A stretch of 64,000 nt of DNA. It comes from Escherichia phage vB_EcoM-S1P5QW. The first letter of the stretch is position 1; every line of letters begins with the position of its first letter. The notes under the pieces were generated by a model, which searched no databases, was not told the DNA's origin, and worked only from the letters and a program-made list of their open reading frames with translations. This document shows, in pieces, positions 9,528 to 27,957 of the stretch. A program made the translations under genes and the position numbers. The stretch lies in the sequence record OL956808.1; one strand, 5' to 3'.

Positions 9528-10337
9528 TTAGAAACGAGATGCGACTTTCGCATATACACTTACAATATCTTCTGCACCCTGTGCAGCTTTATCTTCTACA
9601 GCTTCAGTGACGAAATTCAGTCCGGCTGCTTCAGTATCAGGAGTATTTATACCCTCAGTAATAGTGCTTTCATCTTTATTAGACTTCTTCACCATTTCTA
9701 CGATGGCACTCAATTTACTTGAGAATGCATCTGAATAATCCATACCTTCGACCAGAGCAGAGACTTTTTCTTTTTGAGACTCAGTCAGATCTTTAGTACT
9801 TTCGCTCAATGCCACTTCACGCTGCACATAATTGATATATGCGTCACGCTTATTGAGTTCTTCGAACAGACGAGCTGATTCTTCTTTATGTTCTTGCAGC
9901 TCTTCTTCCATTTCAGCTACAACATCAACTGATTCTTCTGGAACAACAACGTTGTGTTCAACAAAGAGCTCTTTTAATCCACCAAGCATGGATTCAAACA
10001 GTTCGGCTTTGATGCCTTTATCAACTGCTAATTTATTTTCAGCGAGCCATTCTTTCGCAAGATGGTCAATGAATTTAGAAGCTTGCTCAGCGATTTTCTT
10101 CTCAGCTTTTTCTTCTGCTTCTTCTTTATTTTTTTCTACTTCTTCTTCTGCTTTTTCAGCAATTTTAGCGATATGAGATTCAGCTAATTTAACGGCGTGC
10201 TGCTTGACGGTAGCTTCGAATACAGTGCCGAAAGTTTCTTTTGCTTCCGGAGAAATATTAACTGATTCGAAAATACTATCAAGAGCAACGGAAGCATCAA
10301 TTTTCTGCGCTTCGGCAATCAGTTGTTCTTTAAGCAT
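9528..10337 (-). CDS. 22: prohead core scaffold protein gp22
   Basis: 269 aa, highly charged/helical; length and position as T4 gp22. Confidence 0.85.
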   Translation of the reverse strand: MLKEQLIAEAQKIDASVALDSIFESVNISPEAKETFGTVFEATVKQHAVKLAESHIAKIAEKAEEEVEKNKEEAEEKAEKKIAEQASKFIDHLAKEWLAENKLAVDKGIKAELFESMLGGLKELFVEHNVVVPEESVDVVAEMEEELQEHKEESARLFEELNKRDAYINYVQREVALSESTKDLTESQKEKVSALVEGMDYSDAFSSKLSAIVEMVKKSNKDESTITEGINTPDTEAAGLNFVTEAVEDKAAQGAEDIVSVYAKVASRF

Positions 10338-10364
10338 TTTGTAGTCCTGTTGTTTAGATAATAA

Positions 10365-10372
10365 TATTTATA
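10365..10372 (-). promoter_or_regulatory. late promoter for gene 22
   Basis: Minus-strand TATAAATA 28 nt upstream of ATG. Confidence 0.6.
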
Positions 10373-11006
10373 ACGCTTTTTTCATGGCCTCTGCGAGAGC
10401 CATATAGGCGTCATCGGCACTTGTATCGGCTTCCGCCGTCTGTGATTCGGTAATTTCCTTAGGAGTTACCCATGCATCTGGAGCACTTGGACCCCATACT
10501 GCATCAACACCTACAGTTAATTTGAATCCTTCGTTTACGATACGATAACCTTTATTTGTGTCAGTCAATGAACCTAATCCACGAGAAGAAACTCCTGGAA
10601 TCCATCCGGCACGAATATTAGCTGCTAATTTATCTCCAGGACCATGGTCACCTTCAATAACACGAGCTCGTCCGTATACGTCATTTCCTTTCCACCACAT
10701 ATCTTCTATAATGATAGCGGCTTGCATCGGGTCAACATTAGCGCGTGGAGGATGATTTAATTCTCCGAGAGCTTGTTTAGTTAAAACTTGCTCATTAATA
10801 TAGTCTTTTACCGCTTTTTCTAATATACGTTTTGGATAAAGACGTTTATTTCTATTGACAACTTCCGCTTGCATGAATATTCCTTCGATGTATAAACCCG
10901 GTTTTAAACCTAAGTCTTTTCCATCATGAGATTCAAGCATTGGCACGCCATCAATAATTTCGCCAGGTTGACCCCAAGTTTCAATTAGTAATTGGGGTTC
11001 ATTCAT
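10368..11006 (-). CDS. 21: prohead core protease gp21
   Basis: 212 aa; length and position as T4 gp21. Confidence 0.88.
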   Translation of the reverse strand: MNEPQLLIETWGQPGEIIDGVPMLESHDGKDLGLKPGLYIEGIFMQAEVVNRNKRLYPKRILEKAVKDYINEQVLTKQALGELNHPPRANVDPMQAAIIIEDMWWKGNDVYGRARVIEGDHGPGDKLAANIRAGWIPGVSSRGLGSLTDTNKGYRIVNEGFKLTVGVDAVWGPSAPDAWVTPKEITESQTAEADTSADDAYMALAEAMKKAL

Positions 11007-11431
11007 TAGCTTAATCCTAATGCTTTACGGCGTTTAAGAGCTTTTTTACGCTTACGCTGAGCACGAGATTGACCTGCTGGATTGGCAATCTTCGTTTTGG
11101 TAGCTTTACGAGCAATTTGTCTACGTTTTGCTTTAGACAGCCCAGTGGTTTGAAATGCATTACGTTCACGCGTTTTGCGGTCTTTAGTGCGAGTAATTTC
11201 ACCACGGGCGGAAACATGTTTAACGATGAATTCATTTAACGGCATATTTTCATTAATAGAAGCTAATGCAACCGCTAAATCAGTTTCATCATCAAGCATA
11301 TTCTCGACAATTGTATTTATATCGTCTTTATTTAAAGCAGAAGACAATTCGTCAAAGCGACCCTGTGCTTCAGGAATAAGTGCTTCGACATTCTCGAGAA
11401 CTAATTCATGAGTTTCAGGGATCAGAAGCAT
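11006..11431 (-). CDS. 68: prohead core protein gp68
   Basis: 141 aa; basic C-terminus; 1-nt overlap with gp21 start. Confidence 0.75.
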
Positions 11432-11684
11432 TATTCATCATCCTCGTCTTCGTCATCTTCATCAGAGTCTTTGTCTTTTTTGTCGTCTTTATCATCGCTA
11501 TCTTCGTCATCATCTTCATCTTCATCCTCGTCTTCAGGTTCTTCACCTTCGATTAAAAAATTACGAGCGATAGCGATTTTTTCTTCTTTAATTAAATCAA
11601 TCGTTCTTGCAGCCATGGCTTCAGCAAATAATTTACGAGCGGCTACGAGGTCGTTTGATTTAATAGCTTCAATTAAACCTTCCA

Positions 11685-11685
<1 letters not shown>
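11431..11685 (-). CDS. 67: prohead core protein gp67 (acidic)
   Basis: 84 aa with poly-Asp/Glu C-terminal tail; TAATG overlap with gene 20. Confidence 0.8.
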
Positions 11686-13310
<1,625 letters not shown>

Positions 13311-13342
13311 TTAAGCAGGATGGGGATTTCTCCCCATTCATT

Positions 13343-13834
13343 TTATTCCCAATAATCGAGAGCAAGAGTTACTTCAAAGGTTTGAATTTCATTGTTTGAA
13401 TCCCAATCTAATTGAAGTTCACCCACGTTAGTAGGCCACAGACCTTTAATTTCAATTTCTTTTGTTACTGTTTTAGCGTCACGAGCATATTGACGAACGA
13501 TAGCGCTCTTTTTATACTCTGCAGGTTTTCCACCAGTAATTTCGTTTCCTTGTCCTGCAGCAATGCTTTGCCAATCAACAAACTTCTGGCGAGCATCATG
13601 AGCTTCATCGTTCATTACTGTAACAGTCCAGTCATCGAATGTACGATCGCCTGCCACGTTAATTTTACGGTTCATAAATCCGACTGGAATTTTTTCTACA
13701 ATACCAGCTGGTAAAGCAGTGGCTTTACATTGGAACGTAAAATTTTGTCCAAGATAAGAAATTTCTACTTGGAATAAGTTAGGTCGAGCAAAATCACCAG
13801 ATTCAAACGCTCGTGTTACATCATCTACAAACAT
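13343..13834 (-). CDS. 19: tail tube protein gp19
   Basis: 163 aa; length and position as T4 gp19; late promoter upstream. Confidence 0.88.
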   Translation of the reverse strand: MFVDDVTRAFESGDFARPNLFQVEISYLGQNFTFQCKATALPAGIVEKIPVGFMNRKINVAGDRTFDDWTVTVMNDEAHDARQKFVDWQSIAAGQGNEITGGKPAEYKKSAIVRQYARDAKTVTKEIEIKGLWPTNVGELQLDWDSNNEIQTFEVTLALDYWE

Positions 13835-13848
13835 ATTAGCCTCTGTAG

Positions 13849-13856
13849 TATTTATA
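13849..13856 (-). promoter_or_regulatory. late promoter for gene 19
   Basis: Minus-strand TATAAATA shortly upstream of ATG 13834. Confidence 0.6.
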
Positions 13857-13914
13857 TCCCTATGTTTAACCTAGGGCATATAGAATTAAAGAATTAAGGA
13901 TATAGTGTATTTAT

Positions 13915-13937
13915 ATGGCCTGCCGAAACAGGCCTTT
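13915..13937 (-). terminator. hairpin flanking the HNH endonuclease gene
   Basis: Stem ggcctg/caggcc with loop ccgaaa just past the HNH ORF stop. Confidence 0.45.
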
Positions 13938-13941
13938 AGAA

Positions 13942-14592
13942 TCATTCTAGTAAATCCCAAAGATCTACACTATTTCTTTTTGATTTTTCTCGGTTAGATT
14001 CCCAAGTGATTATTTCTAAATTATTAATACCGCCAATTATTTTAGCAGGAATTAAATTATCAAAACCGTATTTGATAGATACCTTATGATCAAGTTGGTA
14101 AGCACCTTTTGTACCACACACTCCTATTTTATCAGCATTTGGCCATTTTGACCAAATTTTCTTATGCTTACGAGTTTCTTTATATACCAATGAAATATAT
14201 TCACGCATTTCAGATTTATTTGGGTTCCATCTTGGATGATTTACGCCATGCATACATTCTACTGTTTTTCCTTTATTCGCGGAACCATATGAATTATTGC
14301 GCATTTTATCTTTATGACGGCAATCACGACAAATATCAGTGTTTCTTCCAATGCGTTGGTTATATTCAATTCCACATTTATCGCAACGGCATTTTACATA
14401 CGCGGTACTACCTTTAATGTCTTCAACTTTAACATCAATTTCATAATACCTAAATCCATGTTTAACCGCTCCAAGAGGTGTTAATTTATAACCCTTTGAT
14501 TGATAATGTTTAAAATTTGATGGTACAATTTTCACTTTAATAAATTTAGAAATAATCACTTGATTCCTCGAGAATAGGGGCCGAAGCCCCAT
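13942..14592 (-). CDS. HNH homing endonuclease (free-standing, inserted between genes 18 and 19)
   Basis: 216 aa; CxxC pairs plus HNH-like QLDHKVSIKYGF...NLEIITWESNREKSKR; ATG lies inside a hairpin, alternative GTG start at 14559 has a GAGGAA RBS; flanked by GC-rich hairpins. Confidence 0.7.
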   Translation of the reverse strand: MGLRPLFSRNQVIISKFIKVKIVPSNFKHYQSKGYKLTPLGAVKHGFRYYEIDVKVEDIKGSTAYVKCRCDKCGIEYNQRIGRNTDICRDCRHKDKMRNNSYGSANKGKTVECMHGVNHPRWNPNKSEMREYISLVYKETRKHKKIWSKWPNADKIGVCGTKGAYQLDHKVSIKYGFDNLIPAKIIGGINNLEIITWESNREKSKRNSVDLWDLLE

Positions 14593-14597
14593 ATCAA

Positions 14598-16577
14598 TTA
14601 ACCTGCAAGACCAGTTAACTCATCGAAATCTGCACCAGTAGCAGTTGCGACGAAATTCAAAGTAATATAATTTATACTGCGCGCCGGTTGGATGTAGAAT
14701 GTTGCAACAAACTCATTTCTATCAATTACTGACGGAGTGTTATTTGTTGTATCGCAAACTACACGATATTCATAAATTCCACCGAGAGCTTTAATTCCCT
14801 GTAAGTACTGGGCAGTTTCTGTGCGGAATGATGAACGAGTAAACGCGTTGTTTAATTCGAACAAACGATATTTTGAACTACGTCCGATATTCGTTTTCAA
14901 CATATTAAACAGACGACGAACGTTAATACGATCAAATGGAGAAGGAACAGAAGTAGCTGTTTTATCACCATACAATACGTAACCATCACCACCTGTACCA
15001 GTTACTGGGTTGATAGCTTCTTGGTATAAACGGTTGCGCTGCGCCTGACGAGTTTCAATAGCAAGTTTAATAACGTTAAGAATCTGGCCACGATTATAAC
15101 CAGCTGGAGACATCCAAGTCTGAGAAACGTTATCAGTTCTTGCGCATAAACCAGCAATATCAGCTGCTAATGGAACCCAACGATTCACATCATTATATTT
15201 GTCGTACTGATACTTGTAGTTACCATCAATTGCTGCGTAGGTTGAACTGATATTAAAGTTATTATCAGTGTATGAACCTACTGCAGTTCTCCAGTTAACT
15301 AAATTATCTACTGCACGAGTTACAGGAATTCCAACTACAGTTTCACGCGGTGGTGAGCACAGTACTAAGCAATCTTGGCGAGCATCCCCAATTGAAACGA
15401 CGTGTTTTTGGACAGTAGATGCTGTTTCTAAAGATTCACCGGCACAAGAACCCGCAATAAACAACTGAACGTCAACAGATTCACGGTCAGCAAAGAAGTC
15501 CCAAGCTTCCATCAAATCTCCTGCTGTTACTTCAGCATTTGATGATAAACCACCAGACAGAGTTAAAATTCCAGAGAAGCCTTCTGGCCAGTTTTGTGCA
15601 GTTGCGAAAATATATTCTGAACCACCTTTTGCGAAAAAGTCATCAATATAGATGTTACTATCGTAAATATCTTTTTCACCACGCTTCGTTGAAAGAACAA
15701 CGCTTTGAACAATAGCATCATTGCGACGAACTATAATAGCGTATTGTGAATCAGTTTGTGGTCCATATCCAAACACTGCTTTGGCAGTAGATGCGCGTGT
15801 TCCGCCACCTGGATAAATTGGGAGTAATGCAGAAGCACCTTTTGCGTAGTCTGCTTTAGATACGATTTCAATTTCGATTTTATCGCCCAACTCGCCTGGA
15901 TAAAGAGCTACTACTCCTGGAATTCCATATTTTTCGAGATTTGCTTGAAAGTCAACAGCTGTCATAGCAGCTTCGGCATTTTCAATTTCAGCTAATAAAA
16001 TACCAGAATCAGTAATAATTTTTCCAAGAGTTATTACTGCAGCTAAACCAGAGGAAGACGAAGAAATTTCCGCAGTCCAGTTAGAACCTAATGCTGGATA
16101 TTCGCCTACTTCTTTCGCTTTAGCGATAATTTTTGCGGTAGGAATATTAATTTTCTTAATTTTTCCATCTGCGTCTACTTCAGTAATTTTACCTTCTGTT
16201 TCAACATCTTCTGAAACATACTTAACAGTGATTTTATCTCCAACCGCGTAGTTACTACCTGGGGTAGAAATAGTGTATTCAATATTACCGGCAATCGGAG
16301 ATGAGTTTTTAGCGGTATCTCTATCGACAGCACGCACAACTCGCAAATCATTTCCGTATTGTAAGAAATTCATTGCAGACATAAAATAGTCAGCAGTTTC
16401 AGCTGTAGGTTGACCAAAAGTATTAACTAAATCTACTTCATTTGTAACCTGTTTAATTTGAAAAGCAGGACCCCACTGGAATTTACCGGCCAAAGCTGCT
16501 GTACCAGTAGAGTTATTAACCACGGTGCTTTGAACCGTAGTTTCTTTGAGCTCAATGCCCGGAGATAATAAAGTCAT
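14598..16577 (-). CDS. 18: tail sheath protein gp18
   Basis: 659 aa; length and position as T4 gp18; late promoter upstream. Confidence 0.92.
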   Translation of the reverse strand: MTLLSPGIELKETTVQSTVVNNSTGTAALAGKFQWGPAFQIKQVTNEVDLVNTFGQPTAETADYFMSAMNFLQYGNDLRVVRAVDRDTAKNSSPIAGNIEYTISTPGSNYAVGDKITVKYVSEDVETEGKITEVDADGKIKKINIPTAKIIAKAKEVGEYPALGSNWTAEISSSSSGLAAVITLGKIITDSGILLAEIENAEAAMTAVDFQANLEKYGIPGVVALYPGELGDKIEIEIVSKADYAKGASALLPIYPGGGTRASTAKAVFGYGPQTDSQYAIIVRRNDAIVQSVVLSTKRGEKDIYDSNIYIDDFFAKGGSEYIFATAQNWPEGFSGILTLSGGLSSNAEVTAGDLMEAWDFFADRESVDVQLFIAGSCAGESLETASTVQKHVVSIGDARQDCLVLCSPPRETVVGIPVTRAVDNLVNWRTAVGSYTDNNFNISSTYAAIDGNYKYQYDKYNDVNRWVPLAADIAGLCARTDNVSQTWMSPAGYNRGQILNVIKLAIETRQAQRNRLYQEAINPVTGTGGDGYVLYGDKTATSVPSPFDRINVRRLFNMLKTNIGRSSKYRLFELNNAFTRSSFRTETAQYLQGIKALGGIYEYRVVCDTTNNTPSVIDRNEFVATFYIQPARSINYITLNFVATATGADFDELTGLAG

Positions 16578-16605
16578 TTTTAATCCTCTTTAATATGCTT
16601 TAATA

Positions 16606-19746
<3,141 letters not shown>

Positions 19747-19787
19747 GATTTCTCCTAATCTGGGCTTTAATTAGTTTATAATATTTA

Positions 19788-21489
<1,702 letters not shown>

Positions 21490-21520
21490 TTAAAATCCTT
21501 TGGGGCCTTGCGGCCCCATG

Positions 21521-22984
21521 TTATGCTGGTGATAAAAAGGTAGAAAGCAATACCCATTCGCCGTCTTTACGAACGTAAGCTTGGCCATCTTTTGGAGCTT
21601 CAGGAATATAACCTGCTTCTTGGAGAGCTTGAACATCGCCTTGTAAAGAAGATATATTGCCTTTAGCTGTATTCACTTCTTGTGTAACTGATGCAATGTT
21701 AGTTTCGTTAGCTTTTATTGAATTGGTTAATCCGCGTTCTTCAACAGTTGAACCGTTTGGATTAGTTCCATTTACTAAAGTATTTAACGCTACAACTTGC
21801 CCTTTAATTCCTGTGCTGTTATTACCAATCTCTACTTGTAGGTTTTGAACATCGTTATTCAAGCCTGAAACAGAAGTTTCAATTGTAGAAACTCGGTTTA
21901 AAAGAGACCCAGGAGGAGAAGGTTGTCCACCGCTAGAATCAGTTCCAACAATTTGGTTTAACCACGAAACATTCGCTCTTAAACCAGATGAAGTGTTTTC
22001 ACCGACGATTCCATTTAAAGATTCGATTGAAGTTGTATTATCTTTGATTTGGCCTTTAATACTCGAAGGAATATCATCTGAACCAATAGAAGTTTCAATA
22101 ACGGTTAAACGCTGTTTAATACCTCCACTTTGATTTAGCTCTAAATTAATAGATGCAATATTATCAGTGTTTGTATTAACACTCGTAATAATCGAATTAT
22201 TTCCTGGATATCCTATTGAGGTCTTAATAGCACTAATATCAGACTCAACTGTTGTCTGTTTAGTGTCAATTTCATTTAAACGACTATAAACAGTCTGTGA
22301 AAAAGACGGTGGTTTCGGTCCAAGCTCTTCGCGAAGATTACCAACTTCAATGGTCAAAGAACCTACATCAGATTCAATAAATTTTGTTTCTAATTCACTT
22401 AAACGTATTCCCTGTGAAGTAATGACATCAGTATTATTAATAATACGATGCTTCATTCCAGTGCTAGGATTTCCTACAACAGGAAGACCATTAATATCTT
22501 GACCTGTATATTGACCTAATTCACGTTTAATCCACAGTAAATCATTTCTGATCGTTCTATATACAGAGTTGGCCTCAGAGTTAAATGGACCAATATCAGC
22601 AAGAATGTTGTCAACCGTACTATTAGTTCCATTTAATATTTCTGTATGTTCACTGGTTAGCGTTTTGAGGTCAGAAATATCCTTTTTATTGATACTTATT
22701 TGTGCTAAAGCTTCTATATCACCAGATACATCTAAGATGCCCTGGATGGTTTTAATATCACTATTTGCGGTTTCTAAAGATGTTTTAAGTATTCCAATGT
22801 TTTTATCGAGAACTTCAACATTTCTTAGTACAGAAACTGTAGGTCTATTCATTGAACCTTCGCTTCCATACTGTGTGTCAGCTCCTAATATTTCTTCGCC
22901 GTTTTTAATCCAGGAAATGCGGCTCTGGCCCTCCTGCGGAGGGCCGTCAACGAATGGTAAGTCATTCAGTACAATATCTGTCAT
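21521..22984 (-). CDS. wac: fibritin (whisker antigen control)
   Basis: 487 aa, coiled-coil-rich with Ser/Thr/Asn repeats; length and position as T4 wac. Confidence 0.85.
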   Translation of the reverse strand: MTDIVLNDLPFVDGPPQEGQSRISWIKNGEEILGADTQYGSEGSMNRPTVSVLRNVEVLDKNIGILKTSLETANSDIKTIQGILDVSGDIEALAQISINKKDISDLKTLTSEHTEILNGTNSTVDNILADIGPFNSEANSVYRTIRNDLLWIKRELGQYTGQDINGLPVVGNPSTGMKHRIINNTDVITSQGIRLSELETKFIESDVGSLTIEVGNLREELGPKPPSFSQTVYSRLNEIDTKQTTVESDISAIKTSIGYPGNNSIITSVNTNTDNIASINLELNQSGGIKQRLTVIETSIGSDDIPSSIKGQIKDNTTSIESLNGIVGENTSSGLRANVSWLNQIVGTDSSGGQPSPPGSLLNRVSTIETSVSGLNNDVQNLQVEIGNNSTGIKGQVVALNTLVNGTNPNGSTVEERGLTNSIKANETNIASVTQEVNTAKGNISSLQGDVQALQEAGYIPEAPKDGQAYVRKDGEWVLLSTFLSPA

Positions 22985-24564
22985 TCTTTTACCTTAATTA
23001 TGTAGTTTAAAGAAATGTTCCATGGACGTGTTTCATTTCCAATTAATTCAGGACGATTTAATGTATATTTGGAATTTCGTTGTGATGCCGGGTCAATTTC
23101 ATATCCGTCATTGGTGAAGTATGAACGGTTATCCCAGTCAAGTCCTTTACGTGTACCAACAAAATTTGATCTACGGGTATTACCGAATGCTCCAGAATCA
23201 TCATGCTCACCAAATCCGCCAGCATGTTTATGATAAGACATCTGTTGTTTCTGTACTTCACCAACATATCCACCAGTACAACCTACACCTAATCTAGGCT
23301 TACCAAACTGGTCATTACCATTAACATTTGGATTTGTTAAGTGAGAGCCACGACCAGAGCCGCGAACGAAAAGACCACGCATATCAGGTAATCCAGGATT
23401 TGATGAACTTCCGCCGTATCTTGTTCCAATTCTAGAAGCATATAATGGACAATCTGATGCTGAAACAGTTCCACCGTGGCAAAAACGCCAAGCATCACTA
23501 GGAAGACTATCAGCGGCCCACATCATAATAGCTCCGACAGGAATAGTTCTATCAATTTCATTTTGTGTTACGACACGCTTACCTTGAATATAACCACCGG
23601 TCATGTTAACTGTTCCGGTAATATTTGCTCCACCTGAAGCTATTGTAAGCGTGTTATTAATGCGGAGTGTTCCATTAATAGTTTGACCGCCTCTTTGATG
23701 GATAACGTCAGCATTCCAAGCTAGTGCTGATGAAGCATCACCTCCACTCTGTGAGCCGGCAGTTGTAGTTAATTTAACTACGCCTCTCATTGACGTTGTA
23801 GAACCACGACCATTAAGAGTTGCACCAGTAACAGCAACAGAAGCATTATTCGAGTTAACTTCTGACTGTGTTCCTAATTTAATTACGCCTTTATATTCTT
23901 CAGTAGCAGATGAATTCATAAACGTATAAGGAGAAATTGCATAGCCTTCTCTTAAAGTTCCCTGACGAACCTGTGCTACTGTTGCTAATTGAACAACACC
24001 TTGGTCTGATTCAGTAGCTGTGGTTTCAGAAGGAGCAATTTGCGCAATTAATTTAATAGCTAACTGCTGTGTTTTTAATGGAGTCATTGCAGTAGTATCA
24101 TCTGCACCAGCTAATGCTTGCGGTAGAGATGAAATTTTAATAACACCATTCGAGGATTCAGTTGAAACTCGTGTTTCAAACGCATTATTAAGAGCAACAG
24201 TAAATTTAGCTGGAGTTATAGAAGATTCATTATTAACTCCGGCAATGGCTTCATCATTGGTTGAATATCTTGTTAATCCGTAAACAGTTTCAGTTGCGTT
24301 TGGATAAGATAATCTTGTTGCCAACGTTGCTGGTGTAACTGCTTTGGTATTATTAGTTCCATCTATAACTTCCTGTTCAGTGGCAAGAAATAAAATTCCC
24401 TTTGTTGTTGACGATGCATCAGGAACTCCATTTACGCCAGCAGGAGAAATGGCTGCTATAGCAGCCTGAACATCAGTAATCTCTTCCGGAAAATTTGTAC
24501 CAGTTGGATCAAATTTTACATAACGAGATTCATTAGAAACGTGTTGATATGTATTATTACTCAT
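22981..24564 (-). CDS. 12: short tail fiber gp12
   Basis: 527 aa; length and position as T4 gp12; ATGA overlaps with wac and gene 11. Confidence 0.9.
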   Translation of the reverse strand: MSNNTYQHVSNESRYVKFDPTGTNFPEEITDVQAAIAAISPAGVNGVPDASSTTKGILFLATEQEVIDGTNNTKAVTPATLATRLSYPNATETVYGLTRYSTNDEAIAGVNNESSITPAKFTVALNNAFETRVSTESSNGVIKISSLPQALAGADDTTAMTPLKTQQLAIKLIAQIAPSETTATESDQGVVQLATVAQVRQGTLREGYAISPYTFMNSSATEEYKGVIKLGTQSEVNSNNASVAVTGATLNGRGSTTSMRGVVKLTTTAGSQSGGDASSALAWNADVIHQRGGQTINGTLRINNTLTIASGGANITGTVNMTGGYIQGKRVVTQNEIDRTIPVGAIMMWAADSLPSDAWRFCHGGTVSASDCPLYASRIGTRYGGSSSNPGLPDMRGLFVRGSGRGSHLTNPNVNGNDQFGKPRLGVGCTGGYVGEVQKQQMSYHKHAGGFGEHDDSGAFGNTRRSNFVGTRKGLDWDNRSYFTNDGYEIDPASQRNSKYTLNRPELIGNETRPWNISLNYIIKVKE

Positions 24565-25220
24565 GCTGTTCTCTCAAAATGATAAAGTACTGTAGGAGTC
24601 TGCTGATTATCTAAAGTTACAGTTTGTGCGCCTAATAAATTCCATGTACCGTAGCCAGGTTTAGACTCAGAAATAATTTCCTGTGAAATAGTTATTCCAT
24701 ATGTAGAATATGTGCTTAATACATGTTTTTGATTATCTAAATAAGTAACTTCTAATTTACTACCATCCGTTGGGTGGTCTTTATATGAGTTGATAGCAGT
24801 AAATGACGCAATAGCTTCTTGAAGGGCAACACGAACTTTTGCAACAAACTCAATTGCCGTCATTCCAGTAGTTGCTGAAACTGGAAGACCAAATACTAAT
24901 ACAGTAACAGGAGAACCAGGAGGAAGCGAATCGTCTGTTACCGTTCCCGAAAATGCCCAATAATCAGTTTGAGAAACACCCTCAGGCGAAACACCAGTTT
25001 TATTAGTAATAATTGTACCAACGTCTTTTATAGAAAAATTATGAACGTCATTAATAGCTGATTCTACGTTTGGTTCATAAAATCCTTTCGCTAATTGAGA
25101 AATTGTCACTGACCCAACTGATTGACGATTCATTACATCTATATTACCAGCTTTAGGTCTAAAACCAAGAAAATCGGCTAAGCGGGAAATAACTCCCGCT
25201 TTATTATTAAGTAAACTCAT
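24561..25220 (-). CDS. 11: baseplate wedge / tail pin gp11
   Basis: Track ORF over-extended at 5' end; ATG at 25220 gives 219 aa ([10 protein letters not shown]...), the length recalled for T4 gp11; TAATG overlap with gene 10 stop. Confidence 0.85.
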   Translation of the reverse strand: MSLLNNKAGVISRLADFLGFRPKAGNIDVMNRQSVGSVTISQLAKGFYEPNVESAINDVHNFSIKDVGTIITNKTGVSPEGVSQTDYWAFSGTVTDDSLPPGSPVTVLVFGLPVSATTGMTAIEFVAKVRVALQEAIASFTAINSYKDHPTDGSKLEVTYLDNQKHVLSTYSTYGITISQEIISESKPGYGTWNLLGAQTVTLDNQQTPTVLYHFERTA

Positions 25221-27028
25221 TATGCAATCCTTATCCAACGATAAACTGTAATATATGGTTGAATGTTAGTTATTGATGTTGGCGGAGTGTGAGTAGAGTT
25301 AGTAGATGCTTTAGCTTCACGGTATTTAGTGTAGATTGGACCGGATTCATCTGGATCGTATTGACACCCATCAACAATGACTGATCCATTTTCATCAACT
25401 ATTAGAACTTCTTCATCTGTTTCAGTTGCAGGAAGATTAGCATTTTCCAATGTAACAGAAGTAGAACCACCTGTTCCACCTGCAGTATGCGAAGGATTTC
25501 CGCCAGAATCTAAATCGTTGTTATTTAGAGCAAAATTCGGATCCGAAATATCTTCATTCCATCCAACTAAAACTTTTCCTTGCCCAAATAATTTCCATGA
25601 GCCGAATCCCATATATGTAACAGGGTTGTTTGGATTAACAGCGTTTTCATATATAGTTCCAATAGGATAAATCGTATCAAAGATATTTGAAACAGCATTA
25701 AATTCGCGTTGATAAGATTGAACTGCTTCTACATTTGGCCAACCAATTTTATCGAAGTCTGTTAAATTTACATCACCGGAAATATCTACTCCTGGTCCTT
25801 GCGATACATAGAGATTATCAGTTTCATCAATAATCTCATCTTTTGTTAATAATGTACCCAAATCATTATTAAACCAGGTGATATTGATAATGTCACCATG
25901 CTCAAATACTCTATCGAAATGTAAAATTTCCGGTATGCCGTTTTCATCAGTTTCAACTGAATAATCGGTATGAGATTGTTCCCAAGTTCCACCTAAAACA
26001 GAGCATTCTACTTCATCGTCTGAATCGGCACCAACACAATGAAATAATGGCATTCCAACTGTGCCAGCCAATTCCTGCAAAATCCCATTAAAACGAACCT
26101 CAAGAGAGTTAGGATTAATAGGTTCTCCTGGAATTAATCCAAAAGCAGAAAATGGAATTGATTTCATTGTTGATAAATCAGTAACGTAAATACTTCCTTC
26201 TAGAGAAGTTTTTGACGTTAATTTTGAATCTAACAATCTAATTTGACGTCTTGTATATGAACTTCTCCACTGCGATACACCATCCATAAATGTTTCAATT
26301 TGAACAGTGTCACCAATATTACAAGGCTGTCTTAATCGAATATTAAATCCATCAAGAGGAACCAGTTCTCCTTCATTTTCGCCTGGAGAGCCAAAATCAC
26401 TGTTTTCGCTAAACACATCGCCGTAATATAATTCGTTACCACGATGTTTTACTCTGATGTTATTTACATTATAACTAGTTCCACGGAAAACATCTAAAAA
26501 GTCCGTTTGTCCTTGAACTTCAACTAAAAATTCTTTACGAGCTACATTACTAATGTCTGAACTGGTAATTTTGTCAATTTGTTTATTTTTGACATATTCC
26601 CAACGTCCTGGGGCACAATACACTAGTTCTAAATCGCTGAATTGAACATTAATTTCAACTGGTACTGCAGACCCTTTAATCGTATCGCCGGAAGCAGCTA
26701 CTAGTGTAACTGGGTTGACGTTCCATGTAGCAAATACGTCTCTAGCTCTAATTACCTTGTTGTAATCATTAACTGTGCCCTTTGGAAGATTTATAGTCAC
26801 TCTTCCAGAAGATGTATTAATAGCGTACGATTTTCCCCATTCTGCTGTTAATGTTTGTCCTGATGAAGCATTATAAGTTTTCCAGGCACCGGCTGAATAT
26901 GGAACATCTCCATCACCAAGCTCATAATAAAGCTCATCAAAGTTTTCATTTATTTTTATACCACCTTTACGCAGGTAGTCACCGGTACCATCATCAACAA
27001 CATTACCGATATTAATATTTTGTTTCAT
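25220..27028 (-). CDS. 10: baseplate wedge / tail pin gp10
   Basis: 602 aa; length and position as T4 gp10. Confidence 0.9.
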   Translation of the reverse strand: MKQNINIGNVVDDGTGDYLRKGGIKINENFDELYYELGDGDVPYSAGAWKTYNASSGQTLTAEWGKSYAINTSSGRVTINLPKGTVNDYNKVIRARDVFATWNVNPVTLVAASGDTIKGSAVPVEINVQFSDLELVYCAPGRWEYVKNKQIDKITSSDISNVARKEFLVEVQGQTDFLDVFRGTSYNVNNIRVKHRGNELYYGDVFSENSDFGSPGENEGELVPLDGFNIRLRQPCNIGDTVQIETFMDGVSQWRSSYTRRQIRLLDSKLTSKTSLEGSIYVTDLSTMKSIPFSAFGLIPGEPINPNSLEVRFNGILQELAGTVGMPLFHCVGADSDDEVECSVLGGTWEQSHTDYSVETDENGIPEILHFDRVFEHGDIINITWFNNDLGTLLTKDEIIDETDNLYVSQGPGVDISGDVNLTDFDKIGWPNVEAVQSYQREFNAVSNIFDTIYPIGTIYENAVNPNNPVTYMGFGSWKLFGQGKVLVGWNEDISDPNFALNNNDLDSGGNPSHTAGGTGGSTSVTLENANLPATETDEEVLIVDENGSVIVDGCQYDPDESGPIYTKYREAKASTNSTHTPPTSITNIQPYITVYRWIRIA

Positions 27029-27894
27029 TATTGAGCCACCCCGATTTTCTGCGTAGCGATAACTTTAACTGCTGCTCTCATACCGACAGTTGGAGAACTT
27101 ATAGTCGCCGTTACATAATTTTCTTTAATACTAAATGCAATATTAGCGATTTCGTCTTCTTCGGTTTCATTCCCAACTCGCATGACAGCATATTCAGAAG
27201 AAATGACCTCTGAATTAACAGTATCCACAAGAATATTTATTTCTGCTGTTTTAATTTTTCTTCCATCTACTGATTGGCATGTAACTAGCAATTTAGCCAT
27301 ATTGTATTCAGTGCGATGAAATAGTGGAATATCAACTGATCCGGATGTAGAAATATTCCATGTACCTTCAGCTGGTGATTCCTTTTGTCCAAACATGCTT
27401 TCAATAGAATAATTCCAAACCGATGTAGAATTATCAGATGAAATACAGCGTAAAGTTACTTTACTGTATGGGCTAGTTACTACTAAATTACCCGAAACAC
27501 CTTTAATTGAATCAATGGCTTGAATTGTTAAAGGATTAGTAACTGATATAGATCCATTTGAGTTAATAAATTCAACGCAGTCGCCAAGTTCGCCTCTTTC
27601 AATGATAACTTTAACACCTACAGTAGAGGTATCAATATCATGCCTAGTGCCAACTTTTACTGGAGTTGCGTACTCTGCAATAGAGTGTTTTTGATAATAT
27701 CCAGTAGCATGGATAATTTGGCCATCTGCTCCAGTTCCATTTGCTACTGCCATTTTACGTTGATCGCCAAACGCATTATAAATTGCGTTAAAATCACTAT
27801 TAATTTTATTACCACCGTCGAATAAGATATCACCAGTAGAAGCGTTACCAATTTCGCCGGTATCAATCAATTTCTTTGGTTCTTGAATGAACAT
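27028..27894 (-). CDS. 9: baseplate wedge tail-fiber connector gp9
   Basis: 288 aa; length and position as T4 gp9; late promoter 27919-27926. Confidence 0.85.
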   Translation of the reverse strand: MFIQEPKKLIDTGEIGNASTGDILFDGGNKINSDFNAIYNAFGDQRKMAVANGTGADGQIIHATGYYQKHSIAEYATPVKVGTRHDIDTSTVGVKVIIERGELGDCVEFINSNGSISVTNPLTIQAIDSIKGVSGNLVVTSPYSKVTLRCISSDNSTSVWNYSIESMFGQKESPAEGTWNISTSGSVDIPLFHRTEYNMAKLLVTCQSVDGRKIKTAEINILVDTVNSEVISSEYAVMRVGNETEEDEIANIAFSIKENYVTATISSPTVGMRAAVKVIATQKIGVAQ

Positions 27895-27918
27895 AGCGGT
27901 TTCCTTATGAGTTTATAG

Positions 27919-27926
27919 TATTTATA
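27919..27926 (-). promoter_or_regulatory. late promoter for gene 9
   Basis: Minus-strand TATAAATA 25 nt upstream of ATG. Confidence 0.65.
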
Positions 27927-27934
27927 AAGAAAAA

Positions 27935-27957
27935 GGGAGCCCATGGGCTCCCTTAAG
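27935..27957 (-). terminator. intrinsic terminator after gene 8
   Basis: Hairpin gggagccc-atg-ggctccc followed by T-run on minus strand. Confidence 0.6.

Noticed and set aside
9832-10176. Ser-rich plus-strand ORF inside gene 22
   Set aside because: Antisense to the charged scaffold gene; low-complexity artefact.
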